Positions 1 to 7,005 of a DNA stretch of 64,000 nucleotides are shown piece after piece (the first letter of the stretch is position 1; every line of letters starts with the position of its first letter). Made by a program: the position numbers and the translations under genes. The stretch lies in IMG/VR virus record IMGVR_UViG_3300008450_000013, positions 22,811 to 86,810 of that record; one strand, written 5' to 3'. This DNA comes from a virus. The notes below the pieces were generated by a model. That model did no database searches. It saw only the letters and a program-made list of their open reading frames with translations, and was not told the origin of the DNA.

Positions 1-527
1 CTGGTAAGGATATCTCTTTTGAATCGTAATACTTGTGTAGGATATCTCAAACCATTGTCTTTGTACTCGAAAACCTTTTTCTCTGAAGAATCAGACAATC
101 CACCTATTTTCCCATTCTTGACTTTATTTGTTCTTGGAATACCATCATATACTACCATTTGCGGATTATATACACATTGTTTGTCATAGAATACAGAAAT
201 TGTCTCCACGGTTTTTCCCGCCCGTTTCTTAACTTGATGTATGTTTGTAAGACGTTCTTTCTCCCATATCCAGTCGTACTTATACAACTTTAAGTTACTT
301 GTGCGCAGTATGCTAGAGAACGGTTCTTGCCCAAACAACACAATAGCTCCGTTAGGTTTGATAACACGTTTCAATTGCTCCCACATAGGTTCTAATGGAA
401 TTATAGAATCCCAGTGGCACTGAGTCGTCCCAAAAGGAGGGTCTGTAAGCACTAAATCAATGCTTCCGTCAGGAATACCCTTCATTACTTCTAAACAATC
501 CCCATTATATAATTCTATTTTACTCAT
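1..527 (-). CDS. DNA methyltransferase, N6-adenine/N4-cytosine beta class (3' end runs off the window)
   Basis: Not in the ORF track. Read manually from ATG at 527: MSKIELYNGDCLEVMKGIPDGSIDLVLTDPPFGTTQCHWD...; GDC and DPPF catalytic motifs. Confidence 0.92.
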   Translation of the reverse strand, partial: MSKIELYNGDCLEVMKGIPDGSIDLVLTDPPFGTTQCHWDSIIPLEPMWEQLKRVIKPNGAIVLFGQEPFSSILRTSNLKLYKYDWIWEKERLTNIHQVKKRAGKTVETISVFYDKQCVYNPQMVVYDGIPRTNKVKNGKIGGLSDSSEKKVFEYKDNGLRYPTQVLRFKRDILT

Positions 528-757
528 TAGTAGTCACTCCATTCAAGTTTTAACAAATACTTATTGCCACCAGCCTTCTTATACGTCACCCAAATCTCTT
601 CATTTAGTAACAAACTAATAACATCATCTAAAGTAAATGGTTGCGTACAGGAAACAGTACGAATAATTGTGTTGTGGAACAAATTCTTAGCCATAGCCAC
701 TTCATGCAGCAAATTGCTTACAATAATCTCAGATTCCGATTTCAATTTATTCTCCAC
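527..757 (-). CDS. hypothetical protein
   Basis: Stop overlaps the methyltransferase ATG (TAATG coupling). Confidence 0.7.
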   Translation of the reverse strand: MENKLKSESEIIVSNLLHEVAMAKNLFHNTIIRTVSCTQPFTLDDVISLLLNEEIWVTYKKAGGNKYLLKLEWSDY

Positions 758-941
758 AAGGTTGAATGTCTACAAACTTCTTACCAGTTGCTGCACCTGT
801 GAACTCTGTATATGCAATATTACCGTCATCTTTAAGAGTTACACTGTACTCGTCATTCAAGCCAAGTTCGGCTTCTCCAAATCCATCTGCAATAAGCTTA
901 TCACACAGTCGCTTTAAGTCATTTATTGTTGCGTATTTCAT
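747..941 (-). CDS. hypothetical protein
   Basis: AAGGAGG RBS, tightly packed in operon. Confidence 0.7.
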   Translation of the reverse strand: MKYATINDLKRLCDKLIADGFGEAELGLNDEYSVTLKDDGNIAYTEFTGAATGKKFVDIQPCGE

Positions 942-1102
942 TCAACACCTCCTTCCACAACAGCGAGCACACGAGTTGCATTAACAGCCTCCTTGATACG
1001 CTCAATCTCCATGTCAATATCTTCAATAGCCTCTGGAGAGTCATCTAGCAATTTGCCTAGTGACCCATCAGGTTTTCGATAGTAGTAATGTACGACAGTC
1101 AT
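938..1102 (-). CDS. hypothetical protein, 54 aa (MTVVHYYYRKPDG...)
   Basis: Manual translation; ATGA overlaps at both ends. Confidence 0.65.
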   Translation of the reverse strand: MTVVHYYYRKPDGSLGKLLDDSPEAIEDIDMEIERIKEAVNATRVLAVVEGGVE

Positions 1103-1296
1103 TGTTTCTTTCCTTTCAAAATAATTATTTCTTTAAAATAAGCCAGCCAAGCTAGATTAAGAATTGGAATGAGGCATGTTACAACAAATAATAACAACCA
1201 ACCTAATTTCAAATCAATCCCTTTTTCATACTCCTCTTTAATAATCAAAATTAATGTTATTAAACTGGACAATAAGTACAAGACAATCCAAATCAT
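1099..1296 (-). CDS. small two-TM membrane protein
   Basis: Two hydrophobic segments; AAGGAGGAGG RBS. Confidence 0.7.
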   Translation of the reverse strand: MIWIVLYLLSSLITLILIIKEEYEKGIDLKLGWLLLFVVTCLIPILNLAWLAYFKEIIILKGKKQ

Positions 1297-1335
1297 ACCT
1301 CCTCCTTTTAATTGTTTGTCACAGCGACAGGCATC

Positions 1336-1364
1336 ACTCTACACAACAGAATTGTCCTTGTCAA
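1336..1364 (-). promoter_or_regulatory. sigma70-type promoter
   Basis: TTGACA-17-TAGAGT on the minus strand. Confidence 0.65.
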
Positions 1365-1376
1365 CAGGTTTCTCCA

Positions 1377-1412
1377 TAAAATAAAAGCCCACTACAGTTA
1401 AGTAGTAGGCTT
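1377..1412 (-). terminator. intrinsic terminator after the clpP-like gene
   Basis: 11-bp stem with one G-U pair, followed by a U-rich tail on the minus strand. Confidence 0.65.
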
Positions 1413-1417
1413 CTAGG

Positions 1418-2272
1418 TTATTTCTTTCTACTGTCTACAACAGCTCTCACAGCGGCTTGTGCTTCTGTTGCTGTGATGCTATCAGGGGGTTTTGCAGGAC
1501 TCTTAACCTTACGTGTTGACTTCTCCAAGAACATCAACTCTTCTTCTGGTGTAATAAACCCTTCATCTATGGATTTAAAGCCCTCAGAAGGCTTTGTATC
1601 TGTTTTGGCTACCTTACTATCAACTTTCTTAGAACGTGGCTTCTTGGCTGGTTTTAGTGCCTTCAGAGCAGCTTTCTCAAGCTTCTCCACTTGCTGCTGC
1701 ATCCACTTGTTACGTTGCTCGTGTCGTTCACACCACTGTTCACTATCTAACAACAAGTCCTTACCATTCAGCATATCTTCAATTTCTTTTTCAGACATGA
1801 ATCCTGCATAAGTGTTACGTAACAACTTCTCCATACGTGCAATGTGGAAAGAAGCACTTTGACGCATCTCATTCAAGTTGCCAGAATCTCCGATGCTTCC
1901 ACAATGTATCAGAGCTGTGAAATCCTCACTGAGTTCAAAGGAGGGTGCATCTAGCAAGAGGATAGTTGCAGCAGAAGCATTGAATCCAGTAGCAATGAAG
2001 TGAACTTGTCCCTTTGTCTTCCGTAGAGCATGCAGGATTGTGTCAGTAGTGCTAAGGCAACCTCCACCTGATTGTAAATTGACTACCATTTCATCATCTT
2101 GCTCCATCATGCCTAAAGCGTCAATCATGTCGGAGAATTGTGAAGGAGACTCGATATAATCATAGATGTCTACAGTGAAACGTCCACATTTACTTGGAGA
2201 ATAGCTAACAGGAACTTTGTTATCTTCAAAGAATGGGTTCTTAGCTGATTGTTTGTTGAATTTTTCTTTCAT
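1418..2272 (-). CDS. clpP: ClpP-like serine protease with a Lys-rich C-terminal extension
   Basis: VNLQSGGG, NASAAT (catalytic Ser) and LIHC (His) motifs of the ClpP family. Confidence 0.85.
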   Translation of the reverse strand: MKEKFNKQSAKNPFFEDNKVPVSYSPSKCGRFTVDIYDYIESPSQFSDMIDALGMMEQDDEMVVNLQSGGGCLSTTDTILHALRKTKGQVHFIATGFNASAATILLLDAPSFELSEDFTALIHCGSIGDSGNLNEMRQSASFHIARMEKLLRNTYAGFMSEKEIEDMLNGKDLLLDSEQWCERHEQRNKWMQQQVEKLEKAALKALKPAKKPRSKKVDSKVAKTDTKPSEGFKSIDEGFITPEEELMFLEKSTRKVKSPAKPPDSITATEAQAAVRAVVDSRKK

Positions 2273-2281
2273 GTGTTCTCC

Positions 2282-3055
2282 TTATTTAGTATTGTAGTAC
2301 ATTTTAACAAACGCACGAGTAAGACCTGAACGCATCACATCGTCTGGTGTAAATGTAACAACACCAAATTTATTCTCAATAGCGTCTAAATCTTCATCTT
2401 TCATATAATCAGGTTCGTCTGCCAATGTGTTCTCAATGAGCTGAACAGTTTGCTCCAATCCAGACACACCACGTAAGTCGTGCTGCTTCTCGTCTCCTGT
2501 TAGAATAAGTGTTGAATTTTTACCAAGACGTGTAAGCACCATTTCCATGTCATCTCTTGTAAAGTTCTGAGATTCTTCTACAATGACAACACAATCTTCA
2601 AACGAATATCCCCTGAGATATTCTACAGCTTTCATCTCTACTTTTTTCTTTTCCAAACAATAGCTCAAGAATCCACTACCCATGAAGTTCTCTAAGTGAG
2701 TGATTGTCTGAATGAAGTATGGCATAAGCTTCTCTTCTTCAGTTCCTTTCAACAACCCAATAGTTTTACCAGTTGGTACAGCAGGACGTAACAGCCAAAT
2801 TTTCTCAGTCTTCTTCTCTTTAAGTTGAGCTGCAGCCCACCAAGCAGCAATCATTGATTTCCCCGTACCTGCCGAGCCTCGTAAAACTACCACACTCTTA
2901 CCAGCTCTGAGCATTCTTACAGCTATGTTTTGATTATCATTTGCAGGAGTGAATTTAGGAATAACTTGAGAGTCTATTGTTTCCTGAACTATGAACTTCT
3001 CTTTTACAGGTGGTTTCTCTGTTTGTTTTGCACGTTTGCCAATATTTCTTGCCAT
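2282..3055 (-). CDS. phoH: PhoH-like ATPase
   Basis: GSAGTGKS, RPAV, LRGYSF, EESQN, TRLG and GDEKQHD motifs. Confidence 0.93.
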   Translation of the reverse strand: MARNIGKRAKQTEKPPVKEKFIVQETIDSQVIPKFTPANDNQNIAVRMLRAGKSVVVLRGSAGTGKSMIAAWWAAAQLKEKKTEKIWLLRPAVPTGKTIGLLKGTEEEKLMPYFIQTITHLENFMGSGFLSYCLEKKKVEMKAVEYLRGYSFEDCVVIVEESQNFTRDDMEMVLTRLGKNSTLILTGDEKQHDLRGVSGLEQTVQLIENTLADEPDYMKDEDLDAIENKFGVVTFTPDDVMRSGLTRAFVKMYYNTK

Positions 3056-3130
3056 GAAGGTATATCTCCCTACATTAAAGTTAAACTGCCAAGCACTTGA
3101 TACATACTTGGCTTGTGCTGCAAAATACTA

Positions 3131-3406
3131 CTAATTAAAATTCTTCAATATTTGCTTCTCTAACAACTTCTCAATTGTCGTACCAGATTCAATTGCCAAA
3201 GCTGTGAAAGCTTTGTGCACATCCTTTGGGATTCGCACAGTGACTGGAAACAATGTTTCAGGTTGATTTACCTGCACACCACTACCAATCAAATTGAAGT
3301 TCTCTGCAAACACTGTGTAGTTGTCTGCTTTGGTGCGGATTGTATCGCCTGTGTGTGGATTGAAATCTGTTCTACTTTTACCGAAATTTCCACTATTCGT
3401 TGTCAC
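3131..3406 (-). CDS. hypothetical protein with possible C-terminal ribbon-helix-helix
   Basis: VTVRIPKDVHKAFTALAIESGTTIEKLL resembles RHH DNA-binding domains. Confidence 0.5.
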   Translation of the reverse strand: MTTNSGNFGKSRTDFNPHTGDTIRTKADNYTVFAENFNLIGSGVQVNQPETLFPVTVRIPKDVHKAFTALAIESGTTIEKLLEKQILKNFN

Positions 3407-3578
3407 TAAAATGCCCTCCTTCTGAATTTACTCTGCCATTTTCAATCTTTAAGACGAGATTTCCATCTTCATCTGTCCATTCTACTAATATGCCACCTTG
3501 TTTACATGACTCTAACACATCATACAAATCAGCTTCTAGTAATTGTTTATTTTTCTTGCCCATTTGGTTTACGTCCAC
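3393..3578 (-). CDS. hypothetical protein
   Basis: Overlaps both neighbours in the operon; start uncertain. Confidence 0.55.
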   Translation of the reverse strand: MDVNQMGKKNKQLLEADLYDVLESCKQGGILVEWTDEDGNLVLKIENGRVNSEGGHFSDNE

Positions 3579-3819
3579 GAGGTTTTGGTTCTGTTGGAGC
3601 CTTTGGATCTTCTTGTTCTTCTGTTTCGTCTGCTACAGGTACTTCATCCCCACCTCCCCATTTTTCAAGCGTTACAACATATTGTGTGCCTTGGTAGGGC
3701 GCTCGTGTAGGGTTTGTAGAAGGTGTGAAGCCTTCTTTGTAGAATTTGAACAGGTCATCTACGAACGTGATGATTGAAGGTGTTACGATTTCTACTGTGT
3801 CGATTAAAGTTTTTGCCAT
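3547..3819 (-). CDS. hypothetical protein with basic C-terminal tail (KPRGRKP)
   Basis: AAAGGAAA RBS. Confidence 0.7.
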   Translation of the reverse strand: MAKTLIDTVEIVTPSIITFVDDLFKFYKEGFTPSTNPTRAPYQGTQYVVTLEKWGGGDEVPVADETEEQEDPKAPTEPKPRGRKPNGQEK

Positions 3820-3834
3820 TTTGTTTCCTTTCTG

Positions 3835-3915
3835 TTAATTATCTAAGTCTTCTTCAAGCATATGCTCTACAAAGTCGTTTACGTCTAGCCATTCTAATTC
3901 TGCGTATTCTTCCAA
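3835..3915 (-). CDS. 26-aa acidic peptide MEEYAELEWLDVNDFVEHMLEEDLDN
   Basis: TTG start with AGGAG RBS, first ORF after a promoter; manual translation. Confidence 0.5.
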   Translation of the reverse strand: MEEYAELEWLDVNDFVEHMLEEDLDN

Positions 3916-3944
3916 TTTATTCTCCTAATGTGTTCAGAAATTTA

Positions 3945-4016
3945 AGTCTAACATTTAAACTTAAAAATTGCAAGTGTTATTTGCCACTTGACTTTATCAT
4001 AATATTGTGGTAGGAT
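3945..4016. promoter_or_regulatory. divergent sigma70-type promoter pair at the strand switch
   Basis: Minus: TTGCAA(3973-3968)-17-TAGACT. Plus: TTGACT(3988)-17-TAGGAT. Confidence 0.7.
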
Positions 4017-4072
4017 AGATTGCAATTGCAAAAAGCCTCATGCAAGAGGTACTTTATATAAAGGGTAGTAAA

Positions 4073-4333
4073 ATGGCAAATACAAGAAATGACGTAACAA
4101 TACCAGCTAAAACTTGGACGAATTTATATTTAGCTTCAGGTATCACTGTTGGTACAGCAGTTTCAGTAATTAATAAAGGTATTAACGCAGCGTATATAAG
4201 CGTTGAAGCTACAACTCCAGCAGCCCCTACAGGGATGCCTAAAGGAGTTCCAAGTATCAATGGCGGTGTGACACAGACAGCACACTTGCCAACATACTCT
4301 GCTAAAACTGAGTTTGTGTATTTAGGTTTGTAA
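4073..4333 (+). CDS. hypothetical protein, probably virion-associated
   Basis: T/G/A-rich beta-type sequence; AAGGG RBS before ATG 4073; has its own promoter and terminator. Confidence 0.6.
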   Translation: MANTRNDVTIPAKTWTNLYLASGITVGTAVSVINKGINAAYISVEATTPAAPTGMPKGVPSINGGVTQTAHLPTYSAKTEFVYLGL

Positions 4334-4343
4334 TATTGTAATT

Positions 4344-4377
4344 ATACCAAGGACTAACCTCCTTGGTATTTCTTTTT
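4344..4377 (+). terminator. intrinsic terminator
   Basis: ATACCAAGGA/TCCTTGGTAT 10-bp stem followed by TTCTTTTT. Confidence 0.85.
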
Positions 4378-4387
4378 GTACAAGGGC

Positions 4388-4416
4388 TTGACAAAGCACC
4401 TGAAGTGTTATACAAT
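4388..4416 (+). promoter_or_regulatory. sigma70-type promoter of the terminase operon
   Basis: TTGACA-17-TACAAT. Confidence 0.8.
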
Positions 4417-4448
4417 GAGCGTATCAGAACAATAATAGCAGGAGATGT

Positions 4449-4829
4449 ATGAGTGGAGACGTAGATAATTCAGTAGGGGAGATAGTAAGGACAGGTGTTC
4501 AGAGTAAGAAGAACTCTATTACTATTCTGAAGAGGGCTTTGAACAAGCATACTAAAGCTGCTATTGATTTAATGGCAACTATTATGAACGACCCTACAGA
4601 GAGTAAGAAGACTCGTATGTTGGCAGCTCAAGAGATTCTAAAGTTGCACATGGAGTCTATTAAAGTTGAGTCTACTGAGAAGGCTAGGAACAAGGAATTT
4701 GCTGCGAAGCATCATGAGTTGCTTGTAAGTATTCAGCGTAATGGTGGGGTTATTGTTGATGATAGTGATAGCGAAGATGATGACGAGCAACCCCTGCTTA
4801 TGTTCGATCAGATAGCAGAAGTTGAATAA
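4449..4829 (+). CDS. putative terminase small subunit
   Basis: Helical 126-aa protein with acidic tail, last ORF upstream of terL (synteny only). Confidence 0.55.
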   Translation: MSGDVDNSVGEIVRTGVQSKKNSITILKRALNKHTKAAIDLMATIMNDPTESKKTRMLAAQEILKLHMESIKVESTEKARNKEFAAKHHELLVSIQRNGGVIVDDSDSEDDDEQPLLMFDQIAEVE

Positions 4830-4832
4830 AGA

Positions 4833-5056
4833 ATAAGGGAAGGGATCAGCCAACCCCGACAGGATTGAGGAGTTCCTTATAAACCTCGCTTAGATTGTAA
4901 ATACAACAGCTCTCCACTGATTTCTCCTTGGCACGTTCCTCCTCCTCGTGCTTTCTCCTGTCAGTGTCTGAGAGCTGTTCTGTTTGCAATTTTCACAACA
5001 GTGTTTCGTCCCATATCTGGTTAGTAGATTCAGCTCTTATCGTGGAACACTGTTGT
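4833..5056 (+). ncRNA. putative structured ncRNA with three anti-Shine-Dalgarno loops
   Basis: Stems 4833-40/4873-80, 4894-4903/4981-90, 4905-14/4970-79, 4915-20/4961-66, 4931-35/4947-51, 4995-5007/5044-56. Non-Watson-Crick pairs are G-U on the plus strand; loops are CUCCU-rich. Confidence 0.7.
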
Positions 5057-5141
5057 AGTTTCGTGGAGAGGGTAGCATTATGGCTACTAAGGTTCTGGCA
5101 GGTAGTTTAGTGGCGTGGAACTAAGAATTTAAAGGAGTATT

Positions 5142-5240
5142 ATGGTTAAAAAAGATCGAGTAAAGTTTCAACCTTGCTCAGAGAAACAAAAGCTAATTTT
5201 GATGGATAACACCACGGACGTTATCCTGATAGGCGGTGGT
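5142..5240 (+). CDS. terL: terminase large subunit, exon 1 (33 aa, MVKKDRVKFQPCSEKQ...VILIGGG)
   Basis: AAAGGAG RBS; Q motif and first half of Walker A; frame stops shortly after unless spliced. Confidence 0.88.
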
Positions 5241-5474
5241 GAACTTGCGCCTCCGCATTAAAAACAACTTCTTAAACGGTGAAACTCTCTAGTAGACAAT
5301 ACCGTGCCAAGCCCCTGAAGGGTGCAGTGCGTAACGACCAATCCGAAAGGATGTAGGGCTAAGTAGCTCGAAACAGAAGTCCTCGAAAGAGTGAAGATAT
5401 GGTCTGGTCTTTATGGTGACATAAAGCAGCTTAAAAAGCGGAAGTAGATTAACGAACTACTTTGAACACAAACA
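5241..5474 (+). mobile_element. group I intron (IA-like, 234 nt, no homing endonuclease ORF)
   Basis: P1 GCGGUGGU/GCCUCCGC with U-G at the splice site; P3 ACUUCU/AGAAGU; P4 ACGGU/ACCGU; P7 GACCA/UGGUC; P7.1, P7.2, P8; J8/7 GAAGAUA; P9 with GUGA loop. Removal restores IGGG|AGGGKS. Confidence 0.92.
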
Positions 5475-6896
5475 GCAGGAGGAGGCAAATCGAGGATTTG
5501 CCTTACAAAGAATTTAGATGGTATTAAAGATGGAAAGTTCCGTTGCGTTATTCTGAGACGTTTTGAGCCAGAGCTTAAAAAACAAGGTGGCTTGATTGAT
5601 GAATCCAAGAATATCTACCCACACTTTACAAAAATACCTTACAAAAGTCAACAAAAATTATGGGAATTTCCATCTGGAGCCACAATCGGGTTTTCAGCAA
5701 TATCTTGTGACGATGATTTAGGGAGCTGGCAGGGTAGCCAACTAACGAGGGCTTTGATAGACGAGGCGGCTGATAAGTGGACTGAAAAACAAGTTTTGTT
5801 CTTACAATCTCGTTTGCGTACAGTTGGCTCTGATATTCACCCGCAACTGATTATGTCTTGCAACCCAGACCCTAACAGTTTCTTATTTGAGTGGGTTAAG
5901 TTCTGTCTTGATGAAGACACAGGAGTACCAAAAGAAGGTACTGAGTATCTTATCAGATGGTTCTGTGTAGAAGATAACAAAGCTAAATGGGCTGATAGTC
6001 CAGAAGAGTGCTATGAATTATATGGTGCTCCCAAGAATCTAATTTATGCTCATGGAATGACAGAAGAACAGATGAACGCATTCTCTAAAGAAGAGAAGAT
6101 GCGGTTGTTCATGCCTAAGTCATTCAGGTTCATTCCAACTGGTGTTTTTGACAACCCATATCTACTCCCACCAAAGAATACAAGTTACTTAGCATCTCTC
6201 CTTTCCCAACCTTATGTAAATCAGTTAAAATTTTTACATGGAAGTTGGACAGCACGAGAACTTGGGAGTTCTTACTTCGACAGAAAGTGGGTTCAAATCG
6301 TTGACCAACCTCCCGTAAATGCAACAGCTAGGATACGTTCTTGGGACTTCGCTTCAGAAGAAAAGACAAAAACTAACAACCCCGATTGGACAGCAGGTGT
6401 AAAAATGTCTAGGGATAGGTACGGTATTTACTATATCGAGGATGTTGTCAGAGTGCAGATGCGGATTGACGGTGTTTTAAAAACCGTCATTGAGACTGCT
6501 AAAGCTGACGGTGTAGGCGAATGTGAAGTCTGCATTCCAGTTGACCCTGCAGCAGCGGGTAAGAGTAGTGCTCACTTCTTTCAGAAGGTATTAGCAGAAA
6601 ATGGCATTCCTTGTAAGAAAGCTCAGTCCTCTGGACACAGTAGCAAGCTCACAAGATTTAAACCGTTTTGTGCATTAGCTGAGAGTGGTAGTGTTCGTGT
6701 GGTTCGAGGGGATTGGAACGATGCATTTTTTGCAGAGCTTGAAGCATTCTCTGGTGACAAAGCAATTGAGAGAACTCAGAAGAACGACCAAGTTGATGCT
6801 TGCTCAGATAGTTTTAACAATTTAGCAAGACAATTACAGCTACCTGTATTCTCAGTACCGTCCCTAACAAAAGCCTCTCCTGTCCCAACAATATAG
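5475..6896 (+). CDS. terL: terminase large subunit, exon 2 (spliced product about 506 aa)
   Basis: AGGGKS, LIDEAA Walker B, SCNP, RSWDFA and NDQVDA nuclease motifs. Confidence 0.93.
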   Translation, partial: AGGGKSRICLTKNLDGIKDGKFRCVILRRFEPELKKQGGLIDESKNIYPHFTKIPYKSQQKLWEFPSGATIGFSAISCDDDLGSWQGSQLTRALIDEAADKWTEKQVLFLQSRLRTVGSDIHPQLIMSCNPDPNSFLFEWVKFCLDEDTGVPKEGTEYLIRWFCVEDNKAKWADSPEECYELYGAPKNLIYAHGMTEEQMNAFSKEEKMRLFMPKSFRFIPTGVFDNPYLLPPKNTSYLASLLSQPYVNQLKFLHGSWTARELGSSYFDRKWVQIVDQPPVNATARIRSWDFASEEKTKTNNPDWTAGVKMSRDRYGIYYIEDVVRVQMRIDGVLKTVIETAKADGVGECEVCIPVDPAAAGKSSAHFFQKVLAENGIPCKKAQSSGHSSKLTRFKPFCALAESGSVRVVRGDWNDAFFAELEAFSGDKAIERTQKNDQVDACSDSFNNLARQLQLPVFSVPSLTKASPVPTI

Positions 6897-6935
6897 TCGT
6901 AATTATAACATAGAGATGTCTCAGTTAAAAACTAC

Positions 6936-6964
6936 TTGACTTTGACATAACAATATGTTATAAT
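6936..6964 (+). promoter_or_regulatory. promoter for portal and head genes
   Basis: TTGACT-17-TATAAT with extended TG. Confidence 0.8.
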
Positions 6965-7005
6965 TATACGAAATTAAATAATAAGCATTACAAGGAGCAA
7001 TAAAT

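Noticed and set aside
4894-4990. Minus-strand reading as a CsrA/RsmA sponge (GGA motifs in loops)
   Set aside because: The G-U pairs of the stems become A-C mismatches on the minus strand and the region lies in a plus-strand operon; less likely, though not excluded without strand-specific RNA data
4928-5110. 60-aa plus-strand ORF in the terS-terL gap
   Set aside because: TTG start with no RBS, Ser/Cys-rich low-complexity product, and it lies across strong RNA stems; better explained as non-coding
5475-5475. G5475 as canonical omega-G with the 5' splice site after U5240
   Set aside because: Gives a frameshift with an early TAG and breaks the P10 register
5592-6896. terL starting at 5592 as in the ORF track
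   Set aside because: Would lack the Walker A motif; the true start is 5142 via splicing
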